From: a virus
Length of the DNA: 56,517 nucleotides
Reading direction: 5' to 3' (one strand)
IMG/VR virus record: IMGVR_UViG_3300033150_002389
The position numbers and the translations under genes were made by a program. Shown in pieces: positions 26,614 to 37,200 of the stretch (the stretch's first letter is position 1; every line of letters starts with the position of its first letter). The notes beneath the pieces were generated by a model. That model saw only the letters and a list, made by a program, of their open reading frames with translations, ran no database searches and had not been told where the DNA came from.

Positions 26614-27153
26614 ATGGGAGCTAGGCGTCTAACCAAGGCGGTAGAACGAGCCCTCGCGCAACTAGGAAGACCGATTTTCAACTGGGCGCTGGAGCTGGCA
26701 GACAGCGTTGACAAGGTTGACGCAATTTCGGAGGTCGGGGCAACTTATCAGCCCTACAAGGACTACGACAAGAGGCTTAAGGAAGTTGAGCTAAAGTTAG
26801 AGCTGCTTCACGCCAAGGGTTACCAGAAATCTATTAACGAAGCCACACTAGCTGCAGCGCTTGATCTATATAAAGCCTCCGAAAACCCAACCGCAAACAG
26901 AGACTTTCAGGCGGAGATAGACGACGCTAGGCTGGCAGCCGCCCTTGGGTTGTATCAACCCCAAGCCCAGCGGCCGGACCCTTGGCCAGTCGGCTCCGTG
27001 TTTGTCAGTACAGTCAATGCCGACCCGAAAGATAGCCTTGGGTACGGAACTTGGGAGGCCTTTGGTGAAAGCATGGAGCTGGTAACGATTGATGCCACAA
27101 CAAGCGAAATCACTGTCGTAGGCACAATCTATCTATTTAAACGTACCGCATAG
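26614..27153 (+). CDS. virion structural protein (needle or plug candidate)
   Basis: coiled-coil-like N-terminal half; position. Confidence 0.35.
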   Translation: MGARRLTKAVERALAQLGRPIFNWALELADSVDKVDAISEVGATYQPYKDYDKRLKEVELKLELLHAKGYQKSINEATLAAALDLYKASENPTANRDFQAEIDDARLAAALGLYQPQAQRPDPWPVGSVFVSTVNADPKDSLGYGTWEAFGESMELVTIDATTSEITVVGTIYLFKRTA

Positions 27154-27167
27154 AGGAGGACCTAGTC

Positions 27168-27503
27168 ATGTCGCTCGTATTTAAAAACGCCTATGCAGGG
27201 CAGCCCGGGGCGGCCGCAACCGAGCTCTATGCATGCCCAGCAAATACCCAGGCCAGAATCGTCAAGTGCACAGCCTGCAATGACACAACAAGCGCGATCA
27301 CTTTCAAGGCGTACAAGGTGCCGTCCGGGCAAAGCGTAGGTGATGAGTACCTTATCCTTAACGACAAGGCACTGGGGAGCAAAGAGACCTACGAGTGCCC
27401 AGAAGTTACGGGCCAGGTCCTGGATGCAGGAGACAAGATTTACTTCCATCCCTCTGTCGCCGATCAACTGTCCGTAATGCTGGACGTAATGGAAAACGTG
27501 TGA
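27168..27503 (+). CDS. hypothetical protein
   Basis: AGGAGGA SD; ORF track. Confidence 0.4.
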   Translation: MSLVFKNAYAGQPGAAATELYACPANTQARIVKCTACNDTTSAITFKAYKVPSGQSVGDEYLILNDKALGSKETYECPEVTGQVLDAGDKIYFHPSVADQLSVMLDVMENV

Positions 27504-27814
27504 TGGACGCCCAGTCAATTGCAAATGTGTGCGGAGGGCTACTATTGGGAGGTTATGCAGCTTTGCGAGTAATAAATTTCTTTCGGTCGAGGTCGAGTAG
27601 TTCAGGCGCCAATTCAAGGCAGAACACCGCTAACCGCGCTCACTGCCCTGAGGACAGCTGCAAGGCGACGGTCATCAGCACAGCAGAGAGGGTCAGGACC
27701 CACGATGACCAAATCTCGAAGCTCTTTGAAACAACAAAGAAGATCTCAGAAGATGTAGCCTTTATGAGGGGCAAATTGAGCGGCGCGAAAATAGTTCGCT
27801 TCCAAGAGGAGTGA
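27503..27814 (+). CDS. small membrane-anchored protein (holin or spanin candidate)
   Basis: TGATG stop/start overlap; N-terminal hydrophobic helix IANVCGGLLLGGYAALRVINFF. Confidence 0.3.
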   Translation: MDAQSIANVCGGLLLGGYAALRVINFFRSRSSSSGANSRQNTANRAHCPEDSCKATVISTAERVRTHDDQISKLFETTKKISEDVAFMRGKLSGAKIVRFQEE

Positions 27815-28437
27815 CAGCAGTGAATGCTGAAAGCCACGACATCCTCAATGGCACCATGACAATTTATCGCACTTTGAAGGCCTACCGGAGGCAGAGGGCG
27901 ATTGAGGATCAGGATTGGGCTCTCATTCTGGCGTCCCTCAAGCGGATAGAGGGGGCATGTAAAACGTGCTACCGGAATGACTCTGCGAGCAAGGTAATCG
28001 CTTTGCGTCGGGTAGCCCTGCGGGTCGCTTGGAGCTTCCTTGGACGACCATACATTTGGGGCGGTGACGACCCATTGCAGGGATTTGACTGTTCTGGTTT
28101 CGTCATTGAATGTTTGAAATCCGCGGGTGTCCTTCCGCGCGTGGGTGATTGGACAGCGCAGGGGCTCTGGGATCGATTTGAGGATTGCAAAGTCCAGGAC
28201 GTCGAACCAGGCTGCCTCGTATTTTGGAAAAATGAAAAGGGCAGAGTAACCCATGTGGAAATCTGCATCGGCAACGGCCTCACCATCGGATCTAGCGGTG
28301 GCGGAAGTCACACGCTCACGGGTGCGGACGCCATCAAACAGAACGCGTACATCAAGGTACGCCCGATCCGCGATAGCCATAGCCTGAAGGGTTACCTGGA
28401 CCCGTTTCTGAAAGCAAAGGAAGGGGGTTTCAAATGA
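27811..28437 (+). CDS. NlpC/P60-family peptidoglycan endopeptidase
   Basis: GFDCSGFVIECL catalytic Cys motif and downstream VTHVEI His. Confidence 0.6.
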   Translation: MTAVNAESHDILNGTMTIYRTLKAYRRQRAIEDQDWALILASLKRIEGACKTCYRNDSASKVIALRRVALRVAWSFLGRPYIWGGDDPLQGFDCSGFVIECLKSAGVLPRVGDWTAQGLWDRFEDCKVQDVEPGCLVFWKNEKGRVTHVEICIGNGLTIGSSGGGSHTLTGADAIKQNAYIKVRPIRDSHSLKGYLDPFLKAKEGGFK

Positions 28438-29030
28438 CACCATTGATAGCGGCAGGGCTCTCACTCCTGCCCAAGCTGCCAGAGATATGGAGCTCAGTCG
28501 CGAGCCTGTTCGGCAAGAAAGCCCCCGATTCAGTGGAGGAGGCGGGGAAGCTCGCGGGAGACATCTTGGGGGCTATCTCCAAGGGCGCTGTTCCCATAGA
28601 GCGGCAGATACAGCTGAAGACAATCATGTATCAGCACGAGGAGAAGATCAGGGAATACACGCTCAAAGAGAGGGAGCTCGATTACCAGCACGAGCAGAAA
28701 AAATGGGAGACCTATGCCCAGATTGAGGCCCAAGATGCGGCAAGCACCAATAAATTTCGAGCGGAGACCCGACCGAAGATACTGAGAGACCTGTTCAAGC
28801 TCACAGCTGGATACGTGCTTTTTGCCCCACTCGCCCTCCTAGCCGCTAACGTGGCTGGGATGGCGGCGATCGCCGAATTTGCGGGCTTCTTGAAATGGAT
28901 AGGTGGGTTTCTTTTTTCCACCTTTGGTTCCGCATATCTCGGCTACTCGGTCGTGAGGTCCGCGTGGGACAAGAAAGGTGAGAACAGGCCGGATAACCCC
29001 TTGATGAACGCAATCTCCAAACTCATCTAA
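28434..29030 (+). CDS. membrane protein (ejection or lysis candidate)
   Basis: C-terminal hydrophobic helices. Confidence 0.4.
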   Translation: MTPLIAAGLSLLPKLPEIWSSVASLFGKKAPDSVEEAGKLAGDILGAISKGAVPIERQIQLKTIMYQHEEKIREYTLKERELDYQHEQKKWETYAQIEAQDAASTNKFRAETRPKILRDLFKLTAGYVLFAPLALLAANVAGMAAIAEFAGFLKWIGGFLFSTFGSAYLGYSVVRSAWDKKGENRPDNPLMNAISKLI

Positions 29031-29060
29031 CCTGGAGAGACATAGAGAGGAGACGAAAAA

Positions 29061-29702
29061 ATGTTAGGTGCAATTTTAGGAGTAGCTGCGGCCACATTGG
29101 GCGGAGCCTTAATCAGCTCCGGTGGGGCATCTAAGGCTGCCAGTACGGCGGCTGCCGCCACAGACCGCGCCGCAGAAGTACAACGCGAAATGTTTTACAC
29201 CAGCAGGGAGGACCTGGCTCCCTGGCGCGAAGCCGGGAAACGAGCCCTGAGTGCTCTCGAAGGAAGAATTGAGGCTGGCCCGGGTGAATTTGTGCCGGAG
29301 GAGGAACCCGGATTCAAGTTCGGCTACAGGGAGTTCGTCGAAAAGCCGCTTATGAGGCGAGCCTCGGCGCGAGGCGGTGTTGATAGTGGCAGGACCCTCA
29401 AGGAGCTCACTCGTTACGCAGAAGACTACGCCTCCACTCGGTACGACAATTTCCTCAACCGCTGGTACAAAAGCCTTACCCCATATCAGAGCCTTGCTGG
29501 TGTCGGTCAGACATCGGCTGCTCAAATGGGCGAGAACGCTCTAGTCGCTGGCGGGAACATTGGAAACGCCCTGATCACAGGCGGCCAGGCAAGGGCTTCC
29601 GGCTACGCTAATCAAGCCAATATCTGGGGAGGAACCGCAGCTGGCATAGGGCAAAACCTTCTTGATTACGCGATTCTAAAGAAAGCGGGAATACTAAATT
29701 GA
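29061..29702 (+). CDS. internal virion protein (putative)
   Basis: Gly/Ala-rich; position. Confidence 0.4.
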   Translation: MLGAILGVAAATLGGALISSGGASKAASTAAAATDRAAEVQREMFYTSREDLAPWREAGKRALSALEGRIEAGPGEFVPEEEPGFKFGYREFVEKPLMRRASARGGVDSGRTLKELTRYAEDYASTRYDNFLNRWYKSLTPYQSLAGVGQTSAAQMGENALVAGGNIGNALITGGQARASGYANQANIWGGTAAGIGQNLLDYAILKKAGILN

Positions 29703-29709
29703 CGGGGGA

Positions 29710-31242
29710 ATGAAAATGGCTAATTTTTTAGTGAATCCGCCGCCTGTCCCCTCAATAGGCAAGTCAATGCAAAACGCTTTAAGCCTGAAATACCTCCAGA
29801 CGAGGCAGGCATTGGCGGAGCGAGATTTGAGGGACGTAGGCAGAGCAGAGGAATACGAGAAGGCGAAACGAAGTCTGGATGCCTTTAACGCTTACATTGA
29901 CACCTATGAGAAAACCGGGAACAAGGACCTTGCTGACAAGGCCTTCAAGGCTTTGGAGCCAGATTCAGACCCTCCAGCTGAAACGTGGCGTATAGATAAA
30001 AACGACCGCCACTACACCTTTGCTGATGGCACCGAGGTAATTGGGGACCCCCAAGACGTCAAGACCGTGATGGAGGAACTCAGGCAGTATTTGCCCCAAA
30101 TTCACCAGAACCCGGAATACCAAGCCAGATTCTTTGATTTCGCAGCTGCACATAATGTCGGTATCAAGTTCGGTAAAGCTGGGGAAATTGAGCCCTTATA
30201 CGACACGGCTGAGCGGAGGGTTTATAACCTTCCCAAGGCGGAGGCTCGGGCGAAGAAAGCAGAAGATCCGGTGCGGTACCAGACCTATGATGAACGAATT
30301 GGAAAGAGGAAGAAGTGGGAGCCCTCCACCAAGGAAGAGTTGCTTGACCTTGAGGAAGCCAAGCAGAGAATCAGGGCAAAATACGAGCAGCCTGGATTGA
30401 CCCCGGCGCAAAAGAGCAGGCTGAACTTGCTCGAAGAGAAGGCAAAAGCAGAGATTGAAATAATACAGGCGTACCGCATGGGAGAAAAGGATCTTCAGGG
30501 CAACCCTGTTGTGCCTCCAGAACAGGCAGCGGCCGCAACTCGACGCCTCGAAGAAACCATGAAACAGATAGACCAAATCCGCGGCCAAAGACCAACCAAC
30601 GCTTTAGCTCAACCTACAGGAATAGCCCCTCGTGGAGCGCCTATAACGCCATCAGCATTACCGGAGGCTCCAAGAGCAACGGCACCTGCGGCGCCGACCC
30701 AACCGACTGCTGGCTCATTGTTTTCCAAGCTTGTCGCTATCCATGCCGAGCTACTCAAACAGGGCGTTGACCCTATGAGTCTTCCCAAGGTTCGGGCTGC
30801 AACAGAAGCTTACTTCAAGCAGAACCCGGAAGCGCAAGAGCGTTTTAGGGATGCCCTTAATGCCCAGCAGATTGAGGGTCCCCCTCCGGTTTCGCCAGAA
30901 GTCAACGCCATACGCCAGGAACTGCGCAAGGAGGCAACCCAGAACCTGACAATTGCTGAGGCGGCAAAAGAGATTGGGAAACGGCTTGTATCGGGCATGA
31001 GTCCCGAGCGCGCTGGCGCAGTAGCGGCAGAGTACCTCCCACTTTTACCGGAAGATGAAAAGGTGGTGGACTTCGACTCATTCAAGAAGTTCTTCAAGAA
31101 GGTGCGGAAGGCGGATAAGTGGACTGAGCAATACCTCCGGGAGGCCTTCAAGACCTATTGGAAAGGCTTGAATTGGGCTGGCAATGCCCTCTTGGGCATA
31201 AGGATTCCTGGAACAGCCGGACTCAGAAGCGAGGAGAAGTAA
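29710..31242 (+). CDS. internal virion / ejection protein (putative)
   Basis: 510 aa; position before the giant protein. Confidence 0.4.
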   Translation: MKMANFLVNPPPVPSIGKSMQNALSLKYLQTRQALAERDLRDVGRAEEYEKAKRSLDAFNAYIDTYEKTGNKDLADKAFKALEPDSDPPAETWRIDKNDRHYTFADGTEVIGDPQDVKTVMEELRQYLPQIHQNPEYQARFFDFAAAHNVGIKFGKAGEIEPLYDTAERRVYNLPKAEARAKKAEDPVRYQTYDERIGKRKKWEPSTKEELLDLEEAKQRIRAKYEQPGLTPAQKSRLNLLEEKAKAEIEIIQAYRMGEKDLQGNPVVPPEQAAAATRRLEETMKQIDQIRGQRPTNALAQPTGIAPRGAPITPSALPEAPRATAPAAPTQPTAGSLFSKLVAIHAELLKQGVDPMSLPKVRAATEAYFKQNPEAQERFRDALNAQQIEGPPPVSPEVNAIRQELRKEATQNLTIAEAAKEIGKRLVSGMSPERAGAVAAEYLPLLPEDEKVVDFDSFKKFFKKVRKADKWTEQYLREAFKTYWKGLNWAGNALLGIRIPGTAGLRSEEK

Positions 31243-31244
31243 AA

Positions 31245-34200
31245 TTGCCCAACCTCAATGCCCTCATTCAAAGCGCCGAACGGGAAGCACAAGCCGTTAC
31301 GGGCGTAAAAGCCAACGCCCTTACTACTGCAGCTAGCCCCTCAACCGAAGAAAAAGACTACCAAAATTACCTCCTTCAATACGCAGTAACAAACCCTGAA
31401 AATCCTGCCCACCATTACGACTATCGCTCTGCCTACAGGGCTGGCGTGAAACCGATTATGTGGGACGATCTACCCAAAGAGGTTAAAGAGGAGGATATCC
31501 AACAAGCAATTACAGGGGAACGGACTGGCCGCCCCATGTCGAGAGAAGAAGCAATCCAGTTTTACTCTGGTCATTACATGTGGCCCGACCAATTCAAGCT
31601 TCCCGGACACCCTGTACCGCCGAAAAAAGAGGCGATCAATGCCCTCATTGCGCAGGCAGCAGAAGAGGCCCAAGCCACATTGCAAGGCACGGAAACCGAG
31701 TATCATCCGTGGGGTGCCGCCAAGATGACAGTCTATGACGCGCTGTCTGGGCTTTCTGCGCTGCCGCGCACCATAGGCATGGGAGAGACCGCCCGCAATG
31801 TGGCTGAGTTCTACGATAAGCGGGCTGAAGCGGATCCGGATATCCGGGAATTCAAGAAGGCGTCCGAGCAAGGGCGGGAAAGTATATGGACTGAGGCACT
31901 GGGTTCCGCTGGCCCGACAGCCATGGCTCTGGGCATGAGATTCATCCCCTATGTGGGGTTTCCACTCGCAGCCTCTTATTTCTGGCACCTGAATAAAGAC
32001 GAGGTGAAGGACCTTGCGCTAGCAAAGGGTGCCGACGAAAAAACAGCGGAGAGGATTTCCTGGATAGGCGGCACCGTCAACTCTGCACTTGATGTCCTTG
32101 GCCTGGAGGCGATTGCTGGGAAAATGCCATTCCTTCGCGGGCCAGTGAAGAGCGTGAAGCACCGCCTGGTAGGTGCTGCAGTCCGCCTAATGGCCAGTAC
32201 AGGTGGCGAAGGTCTCACAGAGGGAATGCAGGAAGTCGTCGGCGAGCTATCGTCCGAATATGCGGCGAGCAAAGATGTCAGAGAATTTCTCGATCGAGTC
32301 AGCCAAAAGCAGTGGTGGGACAAAGCACTTGCCAAAGCTGAAAAGTCACTGAAAGTCGGCTCCATGATGGGGGCCGTCTTCGGTGGTGCTGCATCGGTGG
32401 CGGAAACCAGGCTTCAAAAGCGCCTTAAACCTGAGAAGGCAACCAAGCCCCTAGAGGCCCCGAAAGACCTGAGCGAGCTCATAGAAGAGGCTGAAAAAGA
32501 GTATACCGAAATCTTGCAACAGGAGGTGCCCCGTGATCGTAAAGAGGAAGAAAGGATATTACGTCGTGAGCGAGCACAAAGGCAAGGACGGAAAGAGGAG
32601 GAGGCTCGGCGGCCCGTACCCCACGAGGGAAGAGGCCGAGGAGAGGCTGGAGCAGGTGGAGTATTTCAAGGCCCGCAGCCGACACGCCCAACGGAAGAAG
32701 CGGTCCGCGTCGAGGAGGAATATCAGAAAGGAGACAGAGTAGAAACGCCGGAGGGCGCCGGCGAGGTCCTCAGGGTCGCGCCAGCGGAAACATCTGGGGA
32801 GGAAAAGCTGACAGTGAAGCTGGACGAGGGAGAAACTGTCGAGGTCTCTCCCGCCGAAGAGAAGGTGGAAAAGCCGTCCCCCCCACCGGAGGAAGTCGAC
32901 GAGGCGGCACAGGAAGCCGAGCCTGCCCCTACCGAGGCGCAGAAGGAAGCTGGCAATTACAAGAAGGGTCATATCAATATACAGGGGATGGATATCTCCA
33001 TTGAGAATCCAAAAGGTTCGATAAGGGAGGGCGTAGACAAGCAAGGGAAAAAGTGGAAATCAAAGGTCGCGGCCCACTATGGCTACATCAGGCGCACAGA
33101 GGGCAAAGACGGCGATCAGGTAGATGTCTTTATCGGCCCGCGCCCTGAAACCAACAGGGTATTCGTGATAGACCAGGTTGACCCAGAGACCGGCCTGTTT
33201 GACGAACACAAAGCGATGGTCGGTTTCCCTACGAAGAAGATGGCCAAGACGGCCTACCTCCGCAGCTACACCAAGGATTGGAAGGGCCTGGGGGCGATCA
33301 CGGAAATGACCGTCAATCAATTCAAAGATTGGATTAGGACGGGAGACTCGTCGGCGCCCCTGGGTCTTAAAGAAAAGCGCAAGGTAGCAAAGGACGCTAC
33401 ACGGGGGGCTGCCGGCAACCTGCTTATAAAGACCTCAGATCAGACGATCTACGAATCCAGGCAACCCGTTCACGCCCTGATGCTCGGCGAATTTGGCGTA
33501 AAGCCAGAAGATGTTATTGACACTGGCTTGATTGATAAAACCGGGAAAGAGATGTGGGCCGGCAGCAAAGAGATCAAGCCGCTAACTGAAGAAGTCGCCG
33601 CAGCTGTCCGAGAGCAGAGGAAGCGGGAGCAGCAGAAAAAGAGGGCGCAGCGCGCAGCTAAAGCCAAGACCTTTCGGCAATGGGTCGCCCTCACAGGGGG
33701 CATTAATCCCCAGGACAAGACCTGGCGTGGCGAAATCCGAGACATGCGCTATACAATGAATGCCGCCGGCAAAAAAGTTCCAGCGCCGGGCTGGCCAGTT
33801 GGCATTTGGAATCGCAAGGCAAGAGGCGTGGATGAGCGGACCCATGACGCTATTGAGGCCGGGTGGCTTCCCACAGCGGCTACAGAAGACGACTTCATGC
33901 AGGCCCTAGAGCAAAACATTACGACCAAAATAACAAAGGCTGGTGCCCAGGAAGATGTTGACACCGTCGTAAAAGAAGAGGAAGATAAGTTAGAGCAAGA
34001 GTACGAGAGGGAGCTGGCCCGCCTTAAGGTTAAAATCAAGGAGGAATGGGATGCCGGAGGACAAGAATACACACCCGCCGATCTCGAAGGAGCTGCGCGA
34101 GAGCTTGAAGCCTACCTTGCGGCGAATGAACGTGACGAGATTAAAGCTGCGAGTATTGAAGAACTTGAGGAAATCTGGCGTCTTTTCGACGAAGCAGTAA

Positions 34201-37200
34201 AGCCAGAACCCCCAGTTGTTGAACAAGCCCTAGACGAAGCATGGAAGGAGATTTCCCAAGAAGACCAGGACTGGCTTGATAAAGAGCTCGGCCTGAAACC
34301 CGCCGAAGAGAAGCAGGCAGAAAGACCCCCCGCCAGAAAGAGCCCTCCTGAGAGCAAATCTATAGACGATGCCATTGGATGGGTTCACGCTGTGCAGCAA
34401 AGCGTGTGGGATCCCACGGAAAAGAAATGGCATTACACCCCGCGTGAAAAGATTATCAGGGCTATTGAAAAAGCCAAGAAAGCCGGGGCTCGGGTCGAAC
34501 GCCTGCCCGGTACGGGAAGGGAAAGCGCTGAGACCTGGAAGCTCTATGACGACGAAAAGGGCCTTGTCTACGTCCTTCAGAGGGAACCAAATGGGCGGAC
34601 CACTTGGACAAGTCGCAGGATTCCCCCATCCGCGTCCAAAAAATCCTATGAAGACATCGTGAAGCAACTTGAAGCCAAAGGTTTTTACGGGACGATTGAT
34701 CGGTTGAAGCGCGGCCTAATAACACTGGATGAAGCGCACAAGGAACTTTTGGGAGCAAGGCTGAAAATTAAGGTAGTACCGCTAAACCCCGAAGAGTTCG
34801 CAGCGGAACTTAAAGCCAAGGGTGTTGGTAGGCAGGAATCCTGGAGCCACTGGATTAGAAAGACTGGCTTAAAGCCGGGCATGGACGCGAAAGACTGGTA
34901 TAAGATATACGATTCCGTTACACTGAGTAAGCTGGAGGCTGCGCAGAAACCCAAAGAAGTCGAGAAAGCACAGCCAAGGGAGAAGGCTGCAAGACCAGCC
35001 CTTGAACTCAAACCGACCGAGCCAACGCCTCAAGAGAGGGTCGAATTACTGAGGGCAAAAGGCGAGATTGAAAAGCCCATCAAGGCATATCGGGAAGGGG
35101 ATCGAGAAATCATTAAACTCCCCGATGGCCGCAAGCTCATAAGAGGCAGGGACAGTGAAGGCCGGATCTACTACGAAGTCGAAGGCTCCTGGGAGGGCCT
35201 CAAAGAACTGGGCTTTGACCCGGAAACCTTTACGATTGACCAGGCAAAGGCCGCCCGAGTCTTTCAGCAATACCTCAAGCCTAAAGCCGCTATCCCCAAA
35301 GAAAAGGTTAAACCCCCTACCACCGGCAAACAGAAGAGTCTGCTTGCCCCGGAGAAGGGGGAAACGCTTGATATTTTTGAGAGAGGTGTTGACAAGATAG
35401 GTGAAAGCGGGGCACAATACATTTATGCACCTACCACGCCCCAAGAGCAATATTCACTATTTGATTTCAAGCCTGCCGAACGGCAAGAGGATCGTAAAGT
35501 ACCTCCCCGTAGACGTGTGCGAGTTTCCACAACCGGACGAATTAGAGCGGCGGGAGAACTCGTATCAGGCCCAGAGGATGTTGCAGCCCTCCTCGCCTTC
35601 CTCAGAAAATCGCCACAAGAATTCCTTTACACGGTAACGACTGATAAAGAAGGTGGAATCCTTGAGATCCACAAGTACGCCAAGGGTCACAGCGCCGGTG
35701 CCATAGCCAACCCCGTTGAACTTGCTGGGCGGATACTGAACATACCTGGGGCATCTGAAGCTTATCTCGTCCACAACCATCCCACAGGTGACCCGAAACC
35801 AGGCAAAGAAGATTACCAGATAACTTCAAGCGTCAGGAGCCTTCTTGAGGCTGGCGATGTGGAACTGACATCACTTATTCTTGGTGGAACCGAATACGTT
35901 GAGATGCGCCCAGGGGAAGTGGCAGAGACAACAAGGAAGATCCGCCCCAGAATTCGCAAAATTAGCCTTCCGGTGAAAGAGCGCAGCCTGCTTCTCGGCG
36001 GCGCCCCACAGACTAGAATCGTCGATTCGGAGGACGCGCTCAAAGCCCTGAAGGAGCAATTCAATAATGACGATGGCGTTATGCTCCTTGACCGCAAAAA
36101 CAGGGTGCTTGCCTTTGTGCCCTTTATCAAAGGCAGAAGCATGAAGCAGACCACCGCCGACGTTCTAAGGATCGCCGAAGCCACCAACGCCAGCGGAATG
36201 ATCGTCAACAACAGCGTGCTAACCCAGGCGCGCTCGGACTACGTCAATGCCCTGTGGAACGGAATTGAAGGTTTGACGATAGTAGACGTATTTTGGGAAG
36301 CCCAATCGTGGGCTTCGCGACAAGGGCGTGGCAAAGGTCCCACAAAATATGCCACGCTTCTTTCCGAAACCAAACTAGCTCTCCGCGGCGAACAACCATA
36401 CCGCCTATCCCCGCGCCAATTCCGAAATATCAAAAGGACCGCCAAGCTGGTTCACTCCTGGCTCGAAAAAGCCGGAGCACCTCCCGAAGTGCTTGAGCGC
36501 ATTGATGTAGAGCTAAAGCCCATAATCTCCTTGAGCGGAAAAAATATTGCCAAGTCAGTGAAGGAGTGGCAGGAACAGGGCATGGGGATACGCCAGATTT
36601 TTGGTGCTACCACCTTTGACGATTATCGCGCGATTATGGAACTTGCCCTGTCGCTTCAGAATTTGAAAGGGCTGGAACGCACCACCTATCACGAATACAT
36701 GCACGTGGCCCAGAGATGGCTACTGACAAAATCCGATGCGGAGCACTTGATAAAATATTTTGGTAGCGAGGAGGCCGCTGCGGATGCCTTTGCGGAATTC
36801 ATGGTGAATCGCTCATCGCTCAAAGATAAGCCCAACATGATCCGCGCAATCATGATGAGGTTGCGCCGCTACCTGCAAATCATTAGGAACGGGCTCAAGG
36901 GACAGGGTTTTACCCGTCCCGAGGATATCTGGGGCAAAATGGTCACCGGGCAGTATGTCCCGCATTTTGGCGCACCAGAGATCGAAGAGACTACGACGGC
37001 TTTCTCTTTGGCGGAGCCCCCGGGGAAAGAAGCAGAAGTCGAGCCCCGCATAGTTCCGACCAAGCATTTCTCAGGCACATTTGATGACTGGAACAGGCAC
37101 GTGATCGAGACCTGGGAAAAATACGGCGGACGCAAAGGCACTTTTCAGGCTGAAGAGAAGAAATACGAACAGGGTTTTTCAAGGGGGTCCTTAGGCCCCC

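Noticed and set aside
31158-31244. ATG at 31158 as the start of the giant gene
   Set aside because: It would overlap the upstream gene by 85 nt with a non-protein-like translation; TTG at 31245 sits 8 nt after a GAGGAG SD just past the upstream stop.
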